From Podarcis filfolensis (Eukaryota), in NCBI GenBank assembly GCA_964270895.1, contig OZ185450.1: a DNA stretch of 64,000 bases. One strand, 5' to 3'. The notes beneath the pieces were generated by a model. The model was not told where the DNA came from. It did not search any database and worked only from the letters and a program-made list of their open reading frames with translations. Below are positions 1 through 12,553 of this stretch, piece by piece; the stretch's first letter is position 1, and each line of letters starts with the position of its first letter. The position numbers and the translations under genes are program-made.

Positions 1-1034
1 AGTATTCCTGCTGATAGGTGCCCATGGCAGAGTCTGGAGTTCCATTTGTATAAAAATGGGTTAGCTGCGATAGCTCAGTGTTGGAGATGTGGCAAGGACA
101 ATGTCTCTCTGAAACACATGATTGTACAGTGTTCTTAACAAGTTTTGGGAGAAAGTGCTGGACTCTGTAACTATGACTGTGCAGAAAAAGTTAAATCTTT
201 CAGCCGAGAATATTTTATTGAACTATGTACCTGCAGTATGGAAATTATCAACGGAACAATGGAAATGGATTTTCTGCACCCTAATGGTGGCCAAGAGATT
301 GATATTGAGGAATTGGAATAATATCATGGGCTGTCCCTTGAGTCCGTTAGATGACATCGCAAGGGATCGTTGCCTTAGGAGAGCAAGAAAAATTCTCAGG
401 GATGACTCACACCCCAGCCATCGCCTCTTTAATCTTCTACCCTTCGGTAGGAGATATAGAAGTATACTCAGCCGTACCAACAGGCTAAAAAATAGCTTCT
501 ATCCATGGGTTGTTAGGCTGTTGAATGAAAAATAACATAGTGAAATTGACTTGCGAGGTGGTGTGTTGTTTGGTAAGAGATTGAGTGTTTGCGGGAGGGG
601 GGATGCTCGTTTAATTTCATTGTACACAGGTTGTACAATGACAATAAAGGTATTATTATTATTATTAATTGGAAAAATAAAAATATGATACCCTTCAATC
701 AATGGACTGACAATATAACATCACTGGCAATTTATGAATGGACTGCTTACAGGCACAGACGCTGTATGGATAAATATGATAGCATTTGGAATGAGTTTAT
801 ACAAAGTGTAGTAGGCGATTAACATTTACATAAGCACCAGGACAATAACACTATACCAATTTATACAAGAATGTATGGGAATATTGTATATTGCTTCTTC
901 TTTTCTTTGCATATTTTTGCTTTTATATGTATCTTTGAGGTTTTTCTCCCTCTCCCTCCCTCCCCCCCCCCCCCCGGATCACTTTATTTCTTTTAACTGA
1001 AATCACCTTAATAAAATATAAATATTTTAAAAAA
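1..1034 (+). mobile_element. Degenerate L1-clade LINE 3' end (ORF2 C-terminus, 3' UTR, A-rich tail), interrupted by a Rex1 insertion
   Basis: Translates to CWRCGK..LKHM..C (ORF2 Cys/His domain), then after a frameshift FWEKV...ILL...VAKRLILRNW. It resumes at ~667 as NWKNKNMIPFNQW...YEWTAYRHRRCMDKYDSIWNEF*. An AATAAA and A-rich end lie near 1010-1034. Confidence 0.75.
319..666 (+). mobile_element. 5'-truncated Rex1/Babar LINE
   Basis: IMGCPLSPLDDIARDRCLRRARKILRDDSHPSHRLFNLLPFGRRYRSILSRTNRLKNSFYPWVVRLLN is the characteristic Rex1 RT C-terminus. The 3' end is tgtacaatgacaataaagg(tat)n, and the element is flanked by aattggaa direct repeats at 311-318 and 667-674. Confidence 0.8.
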
Positions 1035-2879
1035 TGGGAGTGTCTCCCAGAGTGAAGTTTGTGGCTAGGAAAGTTTTCAATGGCATTAATCTATCTGCAA
1101 TGTGTAATGGGACTGGGTGGGAGAAGGGAGAGAGATGGTGGGTTCTGAACACCAGGGGTTGATTTCTCAAACTAAGAGGTTGCTGCCAGTACAAGCGGAC
1201 AGCCTGGGGTTAGGTGGGCGAATGCTCTGATTTGGTACAAGGAAGCTACATGTGTTCAACTCCACATAATCCCCATGCTTCTTCAAGAGGAGAGGAGAGG
1301 GATCTATGCAGGCTGTTGCGAAGAGTTAGCCACAAGTAAGGAAGGGTCCTACATGCTGATAGATTGCAGCAATCGGGATCAGCAAACGAGACCAACAATA
1401 AATCTGTATCTGAAGGCACCGTTGCAATGTTGGAAATAATCAAATAAACGGAACAAAAGCCTTTCGCCGTCTCCCTGGCTGGCTCTGTGGGGAAATTAAC
1501 TGGTCCGCGCAGGGGTTAATGCCAGCTGATGCCGACTGCCCTGAGCCTGTGCTTTGTTCAGCGGAGCGTTAAATCTGAAAGCTCCAGAGAGGGCCGCGCT
1601 GCCGTGCTGCAAGGGCCGGGGTATAGAGTTCTGCATTAAAAATGCATGTCGCAGGCTTGCCATGGTCCTCGGCTCTGGCTGAAAGGAGTGCTGGCGGGAA
1701 AGTATTAGACACCCCACCATCTCCCTGGCAATTGGAGACATTCCTCAACAAACAGCACCTCGGGAAAGGAATGAAAGGGCAAACAAACCATGAAACAAAT
1801 CAAAGCGTTCAATTATCTCCCTCCCTTTCTCTTGGAAAGGAAACTTTTCAGTTTCCAAGCTAGCCAGCTATTTGGTGCCATATTAAATTTGCTTTACGGG
1901 AGGGTACAGGAGAGATTTCCAAGCTGGAGAGAGGGGGGAGAGCAGAGCAGAGGTGGGAACCCTTTTGTGGAGCAAACTGTACTCCCATTATATTATTTCC
2001 GCTGCCCCCCTGCTCCACATTTACTCTCAGATAAGGACCAAAATGTAACCTTAGCGAGACCATCATCCTGCAAATGCAGCAGTCAAACTGCACAGTGAGC
2101 AGCATCTAGAGAGAAACAAAGCAGGTAAGATGATATTGCTGTTGGTGAAATGTTTGCTTGCTATCGGAGCCACAGATCGACTTGTCTACATCTCTATGGG
2201 AGCAACAAAGCAATAGTAGGCCTATTTGGGAAGAGAGAAAAACTGATCACAAGGCTGGGTGGGGGTACAGTTAATACGCATAACATGACACATAAAACAT
2301 TGTGGACCTGGGAGCTCAGGCGTAGCTAATGCAGCATTGACGCTTTAGGAAAAACTTGTTTTAGTATTACGGGCCTCAAAGTAAAACACGGCGGCAGCAC
2401 AAAAATTCACGCACTATCTAACACTGGTCCTTAAAAATCTGAGTTTTAAGATTCTGAAGATCTTAAATATAGAAACATTACCACAGTATTTCAGATATCC
2501 ATATCAAGGGAAGGCACACCTGATTATGCACAGTGGGGTGGGGATTAGAAATGTTACAGAGGAGACAATTTGAGTACAATCTGCCAGATAAAAAAGAGAA
2601 ACGCGAAGCCTTCTCTCAAACAGGGCCGCAATCTGAAATTCCCTCTCTGGCTGAATTCTGGGGAAGTCTCCCTGAAACCCACCATGCTGTGTGGCTCCAG
2701 ACATCCAGATAGAGCCCTCCCTGCCACAACTGCCAATCAACTGGGAAGATAGTCAAAGTAGGGAGGGTTTGTTTGCAAGGCATCCTTTAGAGGCCACAAA
2801 ATCCTACACTGGGGCATAGAAGTCTCTAGTTAGCACCCAAACCTGACACAGGAATTAAAAGATCAAACCTGTCTCAAGA

Positions 2880-3140
2880 ATGTTTATTTATTTGCTGCCT
2901 TTCCACTTACCAAACGAACACTCAAGCGGCTAACAACAATCAAAATACAGTAAAACAATCAACAATTGTATCAGCTGAAACCCAAGCAGCAAAGGAGCAA
3001 ATGCAAAGGTTGATAAAAAGTGCAACTGGAAGGAGAAGCTAAAAGCAGAGGGCCAAATAAACCTCCCATGGGATCAAGCTCTGCAACTAGGGAGAGGCGA
3101 CAGAAAAGGGCCCTCTCGTGCCTTCAGACCAACTTGGAAC
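2880..3140 (-). mobile_element. L2-type LINE 3' fragment
   Basis: Starts with a ttattta tail and contains gaaaagggccctctc, similar to the clearer copy at 17510-17764. Confidence 0.45.
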
Positions 3141-4029
3141 CCAACCACATCGGGACACAGAAAAGAGACTTCCACTCAGATTTTAGGGAGCAGGAGGGAT
3201 AACATGGGAGGCCAGTTACATTCCTAAACTCCACCCAAGCTTCTCACATCCACTCCAACAATGCCAGGCCCCTTCCAATTTCACTAATTACCAAAAACAA
3301 ATCCCAGCGGGGGAAATAGTATGAATATTTAAGGAGAAAGCACTAATATACCCCTTCCCAAGAAATCAAAAAAACCATCAGGGAAAATAAAAGAAATCCC
3401 CAACCCAACTAAGCCGTACACCCCATAGCTTAGAAAGACACTTCCACTAAAATCCAACTTTTAATATTTTTGCCTGGGGAGAGAGGGGCCCAGAGGGAAG
3501 AAAAGCACCCACAGAGTCTCCCTCATTCCCGAGAAGGCATCTGCTCCCCAGCCAGCAAGTGCATTTCCAGGGCATCACAGCTGTGCTGATCATAAATCTG
3601 AATTGCCACCTTATTAAGGACTGAAGGCTGCACTGGTAAGGTGAGGGGAAGAAAGAGCCAGAGGTTACGCTATGTGACTGAAGGCGCTTAAAGCTAATCA
3701 GCTTCTGGCTAGAGGTTTCAGCCTCTCCTCTATTAGGAGAAACCCAGGCCCCATTTGGTGCCATATGCTGCTTGGATCACATTCACAGGGGGCAAGGCAT
3801 CCTGTTAGAAATAGGCAAAGTGTCATGGTGGGCATTTCCTTCTGCAGACTTGCATTTTATCCCAGAGCACTTTACTCCTAGTTATGCTTATATATTAGGT
3901 TTTTAAGGACCTAAATTGGTTTTTAAACTATTGATGAAATTTTAGGTGTAATTCTGCTTTTTAAAAAAGCCACCTTGTCAGGCCATTCAGCTAGAAAGGT
4001 AGACTATAAGAATGACAAAATTAATTAGA

Positions 4030-4240
4030 TTTATATCCCAACTTTCCTCCAAGGAGCTCAAGGTGGTATACATGCCCCCCCCCCGTTTTATCCTCATAGC
4101 AATACTGGGAGGTGGGTCAGGCTGAGAGGCAGTGACTGGCCCATGAGTCACCCAAGGAGCTTCATGGCTTAGTGGGGATTTGAACCCTGGTCTCCCAAGT
4201 CCTAGTCCAACACTGGCTCTCAGTCAACTTTACAACACTA
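4030..4240 (-). mobile_element. CORE/MIR-like squamate SINE (Squam3-like)
   Basis: Contains tttatcctcatagcaatactgggaggtgggtcaggctgagaggcagtgactggccca...ggatttgaaccctggtctccc, with a reverse B-box and CORE region. Confidence 0.75.
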
Positions 4241-5527
4241 AGGTGAGTGATTACATCATTAACAACACAGCTATAGACAGAGCCACTACAGTATAGCATC
4301 CTTCCCCAACCTGGTACTCTCCAGATGCTTTGGACTGCATCATCCCTGGCCAATAGCCATGCTGTTGGTGAAGACTGTGAGACAAAAGCAGCAAAAACGA
4401 TGGTAGAGAACCCTGCTTTTTCCCACAGAGCCAAAGTATCTGTCCCTTTGTTGTCCTACCTAATTTTAATCACAGTGCCCATTTCAGACTCATCACCAAA
4501 CAATGGTTTCTTAACACAGATGGGCTTCCAAGCTCCTTCTTCCTTTCATGCACTCCAATTCCATTTATTGCTTTCAAGTCTGCAACAACTAGAGTTTGCC
4601 AAGATGTGCAGATTTGGAAAGCCATGTCTAGTGCAAACTAGCTTGCCTCCAGTTCAGTCTGAAAACCTAGTTTAAACTGCAGTTTCCCATTCTGGACAGT
4701 ACAAGCCTGAGGTCCACAAACAATGGTCAAATGATGATATGGCTGTGATGCCTAACCTGAGCTGGTGCAGCTAAACATTCACCTACAATATCAACTGTAA
4801 GGACAAGGCATGTCATAATCAGGGTTCCAGGGCTGGATTTGGATGACTCACCAGTCCGGGGGGGGGGGGGGGGCGCGACTCTCAGCACCCTCTTCTACAC
4901 AAACAGCAAAAGGGCATTCAAAGATTGTACTGACTTTGAAGTCCCAACAATTGGGACTTTAAAGTGTGGTGTCAGCTGACTGACAGATGTGCAACTTTGT
5001 CCACTTATAAAATTTGGTTCACATTCAAATGAGAATATTCTGATCTCATGCAGAGGATAGAAGAAGTTCCCCACCCCAATCTGTCTACTTTCTTTAAGTC
5101 CCTGTCCCACAGCACCCACCTATATTTTAAGAGACATGTGCAAATTTGTAAGGTAAAGTGCCTATTGCATAAATCCCCCCGGAAATTTAAAATATGCACA
5201 TATAGATGACAGTGCTACCCAAGCAGCTCCTTAAAAAACCCCTGCATGAACAGTGTGTCAGAGTCCCTAAGAAACTTGCTCCACCATTTCTAATGCACAG
5301 GAAGTTTCCCAAAATCGCACCTAATATGCTTCACTACAACCTAGACCCATTGCGTCTCATTCTTCCACTGAGGCTGGGTAAAACATTCATCCTGGTGGTT
5401 AAATACAAATGCAGACTTCCAGAAAACTGCAATACGGCTCATACACAATGCAGGGCTGAATGGCCATCTTCTCAAGCCCTGGACCTTGCACATTCAGGGC
5501 CATATCTCCAACATGCAGGTCTGAACC

Positions 5528-5752
5528 AGCCCTCAAAGGAACAAAGGGAGCTGCTGTCTATCAGGCCAGACTATCTGCCTATCTACTCCAATACTGTCTA
5601 CTCTGATAGCATCTTTCCAGGGTCTTGGACAGAGTTAAAAGGTCTTTTCCCAGCACCCTGACCCTTTTTAAAACTAGAGGTGCTGGGGACTGGACCCGGG
5701 ATCTTCTACATGCAAAAGCAGGGGCTCTCTCACTGAGCTGGGGTTCCTCCCT
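5528..5752 (-). mobile_element. tRNA-Ala-like headed SINE with L2-like tail
   Basis: Reverse tRNA head ggacccgggatcttctacatgcaaaagcagggg...cactgagct, plus the tail aatactgtctactctga...ccagggt. Confidence 0.6.
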
Positions 5753-7031
5753 TCAACCATCCTGGCAGAACAACCATGTCTCTCCTTGTCCTGTCTCCTC
5801 CTTCACCCTTCATTCCCTGCCAAGTCTTGTCTCCTCTTGCCCAGTTCCTCCAAGTGCTCCCCATTTATTGCTGCTGCTTCTCTCAGGCTTCTCCTGCTTG
5901 GCTTGCCTCTTGAAGAGAAACAGGCAGGCCGGCCTGCCATCCATTTATTTAACCTAGGAAGAGCCGCAATCTGAAAACCTTGAAATCCTCTTACACAACT
6001 GTTTTGGCAAGCCCCACCATGTCCCAACAAACATTAAACTGTGCTTGCCATTTGTCTCAGGAATCCTGCATTAATAAACATGAAGAGGAGCACTTTCTAC
6101 CTCCCACACTCAGTGACAGATGAAAACAAAGACCAGCTGTAGTCATCAATGGATCCTTGTTCTGCACATAAAGGCCTAATTGCATTTTATTTCAAGCCTA
6201 CACATGGAAAACTTTACTGATGGCATCTTGTCGATTTCAGATTCTAGTATCCCAGTTGACGTACTGCAAAGCCATTTTTGTTCTAGTCATTAACACCTTC
6301 ATTGCCCCAGAGATAGGCAATAAATAATCTTTGGGGGCATACTTCCTCATTGGACAAATGGTATACACAAATCCAACTCTTTGGGAGCAACCTGAGCCCC
6401 TTTCTCATGGAGGTTATCTGTAGGAATGCCGTTAGTTGTTTGCTGTGTTAGCAACGGGCAACAGTGCTGCTGGTCCCATAAATCAATGGTGTTGGATGGA
6501 GAAATAACCACCACCACAAGGTTTTCATTTTAGAAAAACCTATCTTGTTGGAAAGTGGGGTGTGAGTGTGTGACATTAGTTTCATCAAGAAGATGGGTTA
6601 AATCTTGGGCAGTGGCAACCTCTCAGTGTCAGAGCGCCAGACTCACTTTAAAGCAACTTCATATGCTGGCATCAAGATCCTCTTGGCTACTTTCATGCCC
6701 GTGTGGATTTGGGGCCATAGGGAAGAGCAAGCATGGTGCTCTTGAAATGTTAAGACCCACTACATGGGCACCTGCGCCTCCCCCCAATTTTATTGTTCCT
6801 ATGCTTATCCAAGCATATAGAACCATAGAATTATTGTGTTTCTGCTGCACCCTGCGGAGGCACTTCCATTTATATCAGGAAAAAAATTATGTAGATGAAG
6901 TCATCATGTACACGGGTCTAAGAACCAGGTCCAGTTTTTAAAAATTTCTATTTTGCTTTACCCAATGAGATGAAGATGGCAGAGCACTAAAAACACGCGG
7001 CATATATCTAAAGAGGAGCCAAGAAGTCTTA

Positions 7032-7139
<108 letters not shown>

Positions 7140-7689
7140 TTACTGACATGTTAAGAGCGACGTAATAATAAAAAAGGGCTACTCAATTACTATTGAACTA
7201 TAAACTGTTCTCTGTCTGAAAAGTCATCTTGCATTAAGCTTTCTCCCTGACCAAACAAAATCACATTGCAGAAAAACAAGGCTTAAAAGCTTTTCAAAAT
7301 TCTTTCCTTTAGAAAACACACACACATACATTCTCTCTCTCTTTCAGGAACAGTGAAAGTTTCCAGATTCTGTCCCGCTGAATCTAGCTAAGCACATTAT
7401 ATTCCGTTTATAGATCTGCATCTGTGACACAAACCATTTGTGCCAGTTAAAATGGGGACCTGCTCTGGCTTCAGATGGGAAAGAAGCCAGGCAGGCTGAA
7501 GCTCAGGCAGGGAAGCAAGAGCAGGTAAGTCAAGAACAAGCTACTGGCAGGGAGGGAAGGAGAGACTGAGGAAAGGGAGGGAGGGACAACTTAAAGTGAC
7601 TGAACTTCAGTGTGGGAGCCAAAGGAAGGAAAGTAACCCCCATCTCTAAGTCTTTCTGAGAACATCAGGCACAGAAATCAAGATGCAAC

Positions 7690-7955
7690 AGACTGGTTTG
7701 GTCTGGTCCCAGGTCTGGGGGTATAAGAGGGTCCTCCTCAACAAAGGCCATTGGTGGCCACAAAGATCCCAGGGTGCTTGTCGAGGGCTGAGGACCCAAC
7801 CTTTAACTGGCCACAGGCAGAGTTGGTCTGGTAGGAGGGGAGAATCCTGCTTGAGCATGGCTTCCCATGAGAAAATCATTGGCCACTGTGAGGACTGGAT
7901 GGTGGGATAGATGTGCCCCCTTTGGGCCCATCTTGTGTTCTAAGCTTGGTTCTAA
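7690..7955 (+). mobile_element. Degenerate L2-type LINE 3' end
   Basis: ggcttcccatgagaaaatcattggccactgtgaggactggatggtgggatagatg...cttgtgttct resembles the other tail copies (54410-54490, and 31576-31830 in reverse). Confidence 0.45.
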
Positions 7956-8197
7956 CCCATTCCCATAGTACCAGTATGGGTGCTATGGTGAACCAAAGTT
8001 CATCCTCATCAGAAATCCACGTAGGTGGTGGAGGTTAGTGGGAGTGAGCTCATGTATGGCAGGCTTGCTGTCTCCTAACTATGGTTCAGAAACTGGTAGC
8101 CTTGCATCTGCTCTGGGCCAAAGAGAGGCGGTGCCCAATGTTTCGATGAACCCAAAGCACCTCCCCCTTCTCCGTTTGAATCAGTCAAATAGCAAAC

Positions 8198-8274
8198 CTG
8201 TTTGCAACGCTTGCACTTTGTGTTCAGCCTCCTCCAGCTTTGAGGCTGTCGAAACCTGCGTCTCTTGCAACATT
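8198..8274 (-). CDS. CUX1: CUX1 coding exon (exon 7 equivalent), 77 nt, [26 protein letters not shown]
   Basis: Acceptor ccctacag|A and donor ACAG|gtttgc; phase 2-1. Confidence 0.95.
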
Positions 8275-9429
8275 CTGTAGGGAGAAAGCCAAGGAAACAA
8301 AAGGCAACTTAAAATATATTCATCTCCATGTAACATAAAATAGAAACATAAAAATGCATCTAACGCAGGGTTGGAACCGATGAGTTCTTCCACTGTCTAA
8401 TTTCAACAGAAGCAAGCTCCTCTGAGTGCATTCTCTAAAACAAGGATAGCTAACCTTTTTTGGTTTGAGGGTTTGTTGACCAGCATACTCTGGGATCTGC
8501 ATACCAGCAATGGGTGAGACCAAAAGTGAGACCCTTCCCCCTGTGAGCCATTCAGCTGATCTGTGCAGGTTGGATTATCAACCCTCCCCACTCATCAATG
8601 GATCAATCTGATGTTCAGTGATGGACATCATAGCCCCAATGCAGACAAGTCAATGTGGAAAAAGTGCCAGGCAGTTTAAAAATTCTTGCACATTTGGCAT
8701 TTGGTGGTCCCTTTCTTTTTCAGAAGAGACTTATTTGGGAGCTTATGAGCAAATCAGCAATTATAAATGCAATCAATGAATCATTTAATGATCAAGATTG
8801 GACTGTGGGACATAGGTTCCCCACCCCCGCTTTAAATACATGCACCTGACTGATCTCTAACACAGAACAAGTTTGTGCCCCAAAAGATGGAAAAAATGGC
8901 TCCTTTCCAAAAAATAACACTTCCCCAACCATGGACGGTTGTTTTCATGCGCATGCTCTCTAGTGTGCTACCTTTGGACCAAAGGGTGAGCAGTACAGGG
9001 TCGGTATCAAAACCCCTTATCACTAGACAGCCTTATTAATAGAGATAATATGCATGCTTCAAATATCTGGAGCACATTTAAGAACTTTCAAGCGCGTCAC
9101 ATACATGATCAGAGCAGTCCTTCTATTTTCCCGGGCTTTTAAAATGGATTTTTAAAATTTTACTGGCTGTTTTTATGCTGCCCATGATCTCAATGGTCTT
9201 CTTAACTGCTGTGTTTTATTTGTATTTGTAGTTTTAGCTGTGTTGCTTTACCTTTTACATGAAGGATGGTCTATAATGATAAATACAATATTAAAACAAG
9301 CACTACCACTGCATTCACCACCATCCTGCCCAGTGCTTAGTGCTCTTCTTTCCCAATATGCTCTTCTTTCAAAAGGGAAAGATTGGGGGCAGGGAATACA
9401 GAAATGCCCCACCTGCACATGTTAACTTA

Positions 9430-9648
<219 letters not shown>

Positions 9649-10489
9649 CTATCTTGGAGGTGGTGCAGCAGCAGCAGCAGGGCTTAAATTTTCGCTCTCC
9701 AGCCCTGACACAAAATCAATGGCCACAAGTCCCTTTGGATACCTTTTACTCCCTAAATGGTAAATTGAACTTTAAATGTTTAAGGTTAAGCAGGATCAAT
9801 GGACGCTGCCGGGAAGCGGAGTGAAGGTTTCTCTAACCTGACTGCAGGGCAGAATCGCCGGCAAGACACCTCATCGCCCTACATTAAGCTCTAGGGTGAT
9901 CAGAGATGAGGATCAGGAAATTGTCTGAAACACAGTCACACCATGGCCTGTCCACAGGGACCTCTAGGATTTCAGAGAGGAACCCCCCCACCCCAACCCT
10001 AGCTGGAGATTCTGGGGACAAAAACATGAAACCTTCCCCATGCAAAGAATGTGCTTAACTACTGGACGAGAGTCCCTGAACAGCTCACGGCCAGATGTGC
10101 TCAAGGCCACTCAAACAGAGCCTCCTCCCTAGAGTGCTTAAAATATATACAGAATTAGAAGCTTGCAAGCTTTTCTTAGCAGCCCTGAATGTTGCCCTGC
10201 CTGAGGGTAAGATCTATCTGCTGATACAAGAGGGCTGAAGTGGGCGAGTGGCGCAGAGAGCAGGGGGAAGCCAGGCTGCAGGTATGTGTGAACTGTGCCG
10301 TGGCAGCAAGGAGCACAAGAAGTAGCAGCAAAACATGATGTGGGATTCCCTAGGATGCTATGGACTACCACCAGGGGGACCAAAGCTCCTCCTGGCCCCT
10401 CCTGGCTTGTGCCAAGATTCAGTGTGCCAACACTTATGCTTCTTCGTTTTGGAGGAGATACAAGGGATGACCATGTAGTCTATATCCAG

Positions 10490-10605
10490 AGGATTGCATC
10501 TAAGGCTGATCCAAACTCAGAGTAGAAAACAATGGGCGTGAATAAATTGGGTCTATTAATTTCAGGGGTTGTACTCTGCATACAACTTAGCTGGATACAA
10601 AGCCA
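10490..10605. repeat. Degenerate copy of a short palindromic (MITE-like) squamate repeat
   Basis: ctcagagtag...gggtctattaatttcaggggttgtactctg is imperfectly self-complementary and related to 49251-49326. Confidence 0.4.
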
Positions 10606-11347
10606 AGTGTATTTCTTCTGCCACCCTGAAGCAAGCAGTGAGCCGGTATAACTCAGCTACTTCCTCTTTCCTGCTGGTGTGCTTGACTCCAAAGCTGGGG
10701 ACTAACATAGGTATTGTAAACCAACAATGCTTGTACCTGCATTATATTTCAGGGTACTTTTGTTGTTATTATTCTCATTCTTTTGACCAGGGAAACTGCG
10801 GGCTGGGCAATTGTGTGCATGTGCTATGGCTCACAATAAACATCAATAGCAACCTGAGGGAGCACCTTCTCCTTAAAAAGAAAGAATTATTTACCATTCT
10901 AAGTATTAACAACAACTAATGAAGGCTTTCTCTACGTTCTCTATTTTCATGGAGACATCTGCCGGAATAAATGGCAGGGTCTCTTTGGTACTAGCCCCCC
11001 ATTATGTGAAACTCCACAGCAGAAGGAATATAATCCTCCCCACCGCTCATTTTCATCACCAGCGGAAGTTCAGTCAGGCAGCAATTAGTGCACAAAAACT
11101 GTTTGACCAATGCATATCTTTTCAGCTAAATGCTGCTTATTTCCTGTTTTATACAGACATGCAAACACATACATTGCAGAAAGTTTCAGTCAGTCTTTCC
11201 TGTGAGCAAAACGGCAATACAGAAAAGCTACACAACATATTATCCACTCTTCAATATTAGGATGCAGGTAAAAAGAATAAAAAATGGCGGCCACCTTCAC
11301 AACTCATAACTCTCAAAGCCATACTGCCCAGAATTAGGTACTGCCAT

Positions 11348-11482
11348 AGTAACCTCAGTCAGTAGAGCATGAGACTCTTAATCTCAGGGTTGTAGGTTCG
11401 AGTCCCATGTTGGGCAAAAGATTCCTGCATTGCAGGGGGTTGGACTCTAGCACCCTCATGGTCCCTTCTGTGATTCTACAAT
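11348..11482 (+). mobile_element. tRNA-Lys(CTT)-derived SINE with CR1-like tail
   Basis: The head ctcagtcagtagagcatgagactcttaatctcagggttgtaggttcgagtccc has A/B boxes and is followed by the CR1-like tail gggggttggact...ggtcccttc...gattcta. Confidence 0.8.
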
Positions 11483-12292
11483 TTTAACCACAGGTGTTGT
11501 GTAAAAGGAAAACAGTTTTAGAGAGAACTTCTCATTCCCATTTCAGGACGCTGTTTGCTGCAAAGTCCAAATAGGAACACACACAACCTGAAGCATTTGA
11601 AGAGGTGAGCGCTCGCTGCTTGTAATTACAGTGTTTCTATCTACAAGGGACACCATTAACAGTTGGCCCGTCCACTTAAATAACTAACCTACATTGCTTC
11701 AATATCAGCACTCTACCCTAGGGATAAACAAAGTAAAGTGAAGGCAGCAAATACCCACGTAGAGTCACATATTAAACTGACAGAAAACGGCACAGTGCTA
11801 AGCATTCCCTCTAAATGCGTACGAAGCATACAGGCAGTGGCTGGAAAAGATTCACATACAAATTAATACATTTAAGCTGGGCCTTAATATTCAAACACTG
11901 AAAAACGGCAACCGCAAGAAGTTAAAAACAGGTCAGCTAAATCCTGAAAGACAAATGAGAACAACAGATTTAATTGAGGCAGAGATGCTGCGCGTGTTTG
12001 ATGCTTATCAAGAAGATTCTAGCTGAGATCATGATCCAACACAAAAAAGGCAAGCCTAGGGATGCCAGAATCTTAACCTGCCCCTGGAAATCCTGGCGAC
12101 CACAGGGGCTGAGAATAAAGCCAGCTGCTATGTACTTTACCCACTAATCTACAAAGCCCCATCTAGAGTTCTGTTTCTTGGTCATGCTACAGTGCAAAAG
12201 GTTATGGAGAACTGGCTTTTACAGATGGCATTCCTTCTCTAAATATCATTATTATTTCCTTATCTAAACCATCCCCCAAACATTTATGTTCA

Positions 12293-12553
<261 letters not shown>

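Noticed and set aside
122-535. 137-aa ORF as a novel host gene
   Set aside because: Explained as an L1/Rex1 chimera; it has a TTG start, an upstream frameshift and lies antisense within a CUX1 intron.
11348-11420. Functional tRNA-Lys gene
   Set aside because: The acceptor stem is disrupted and it continues into a LINE-like tail, so it is a SINE head; the same applies to 52697-52753.
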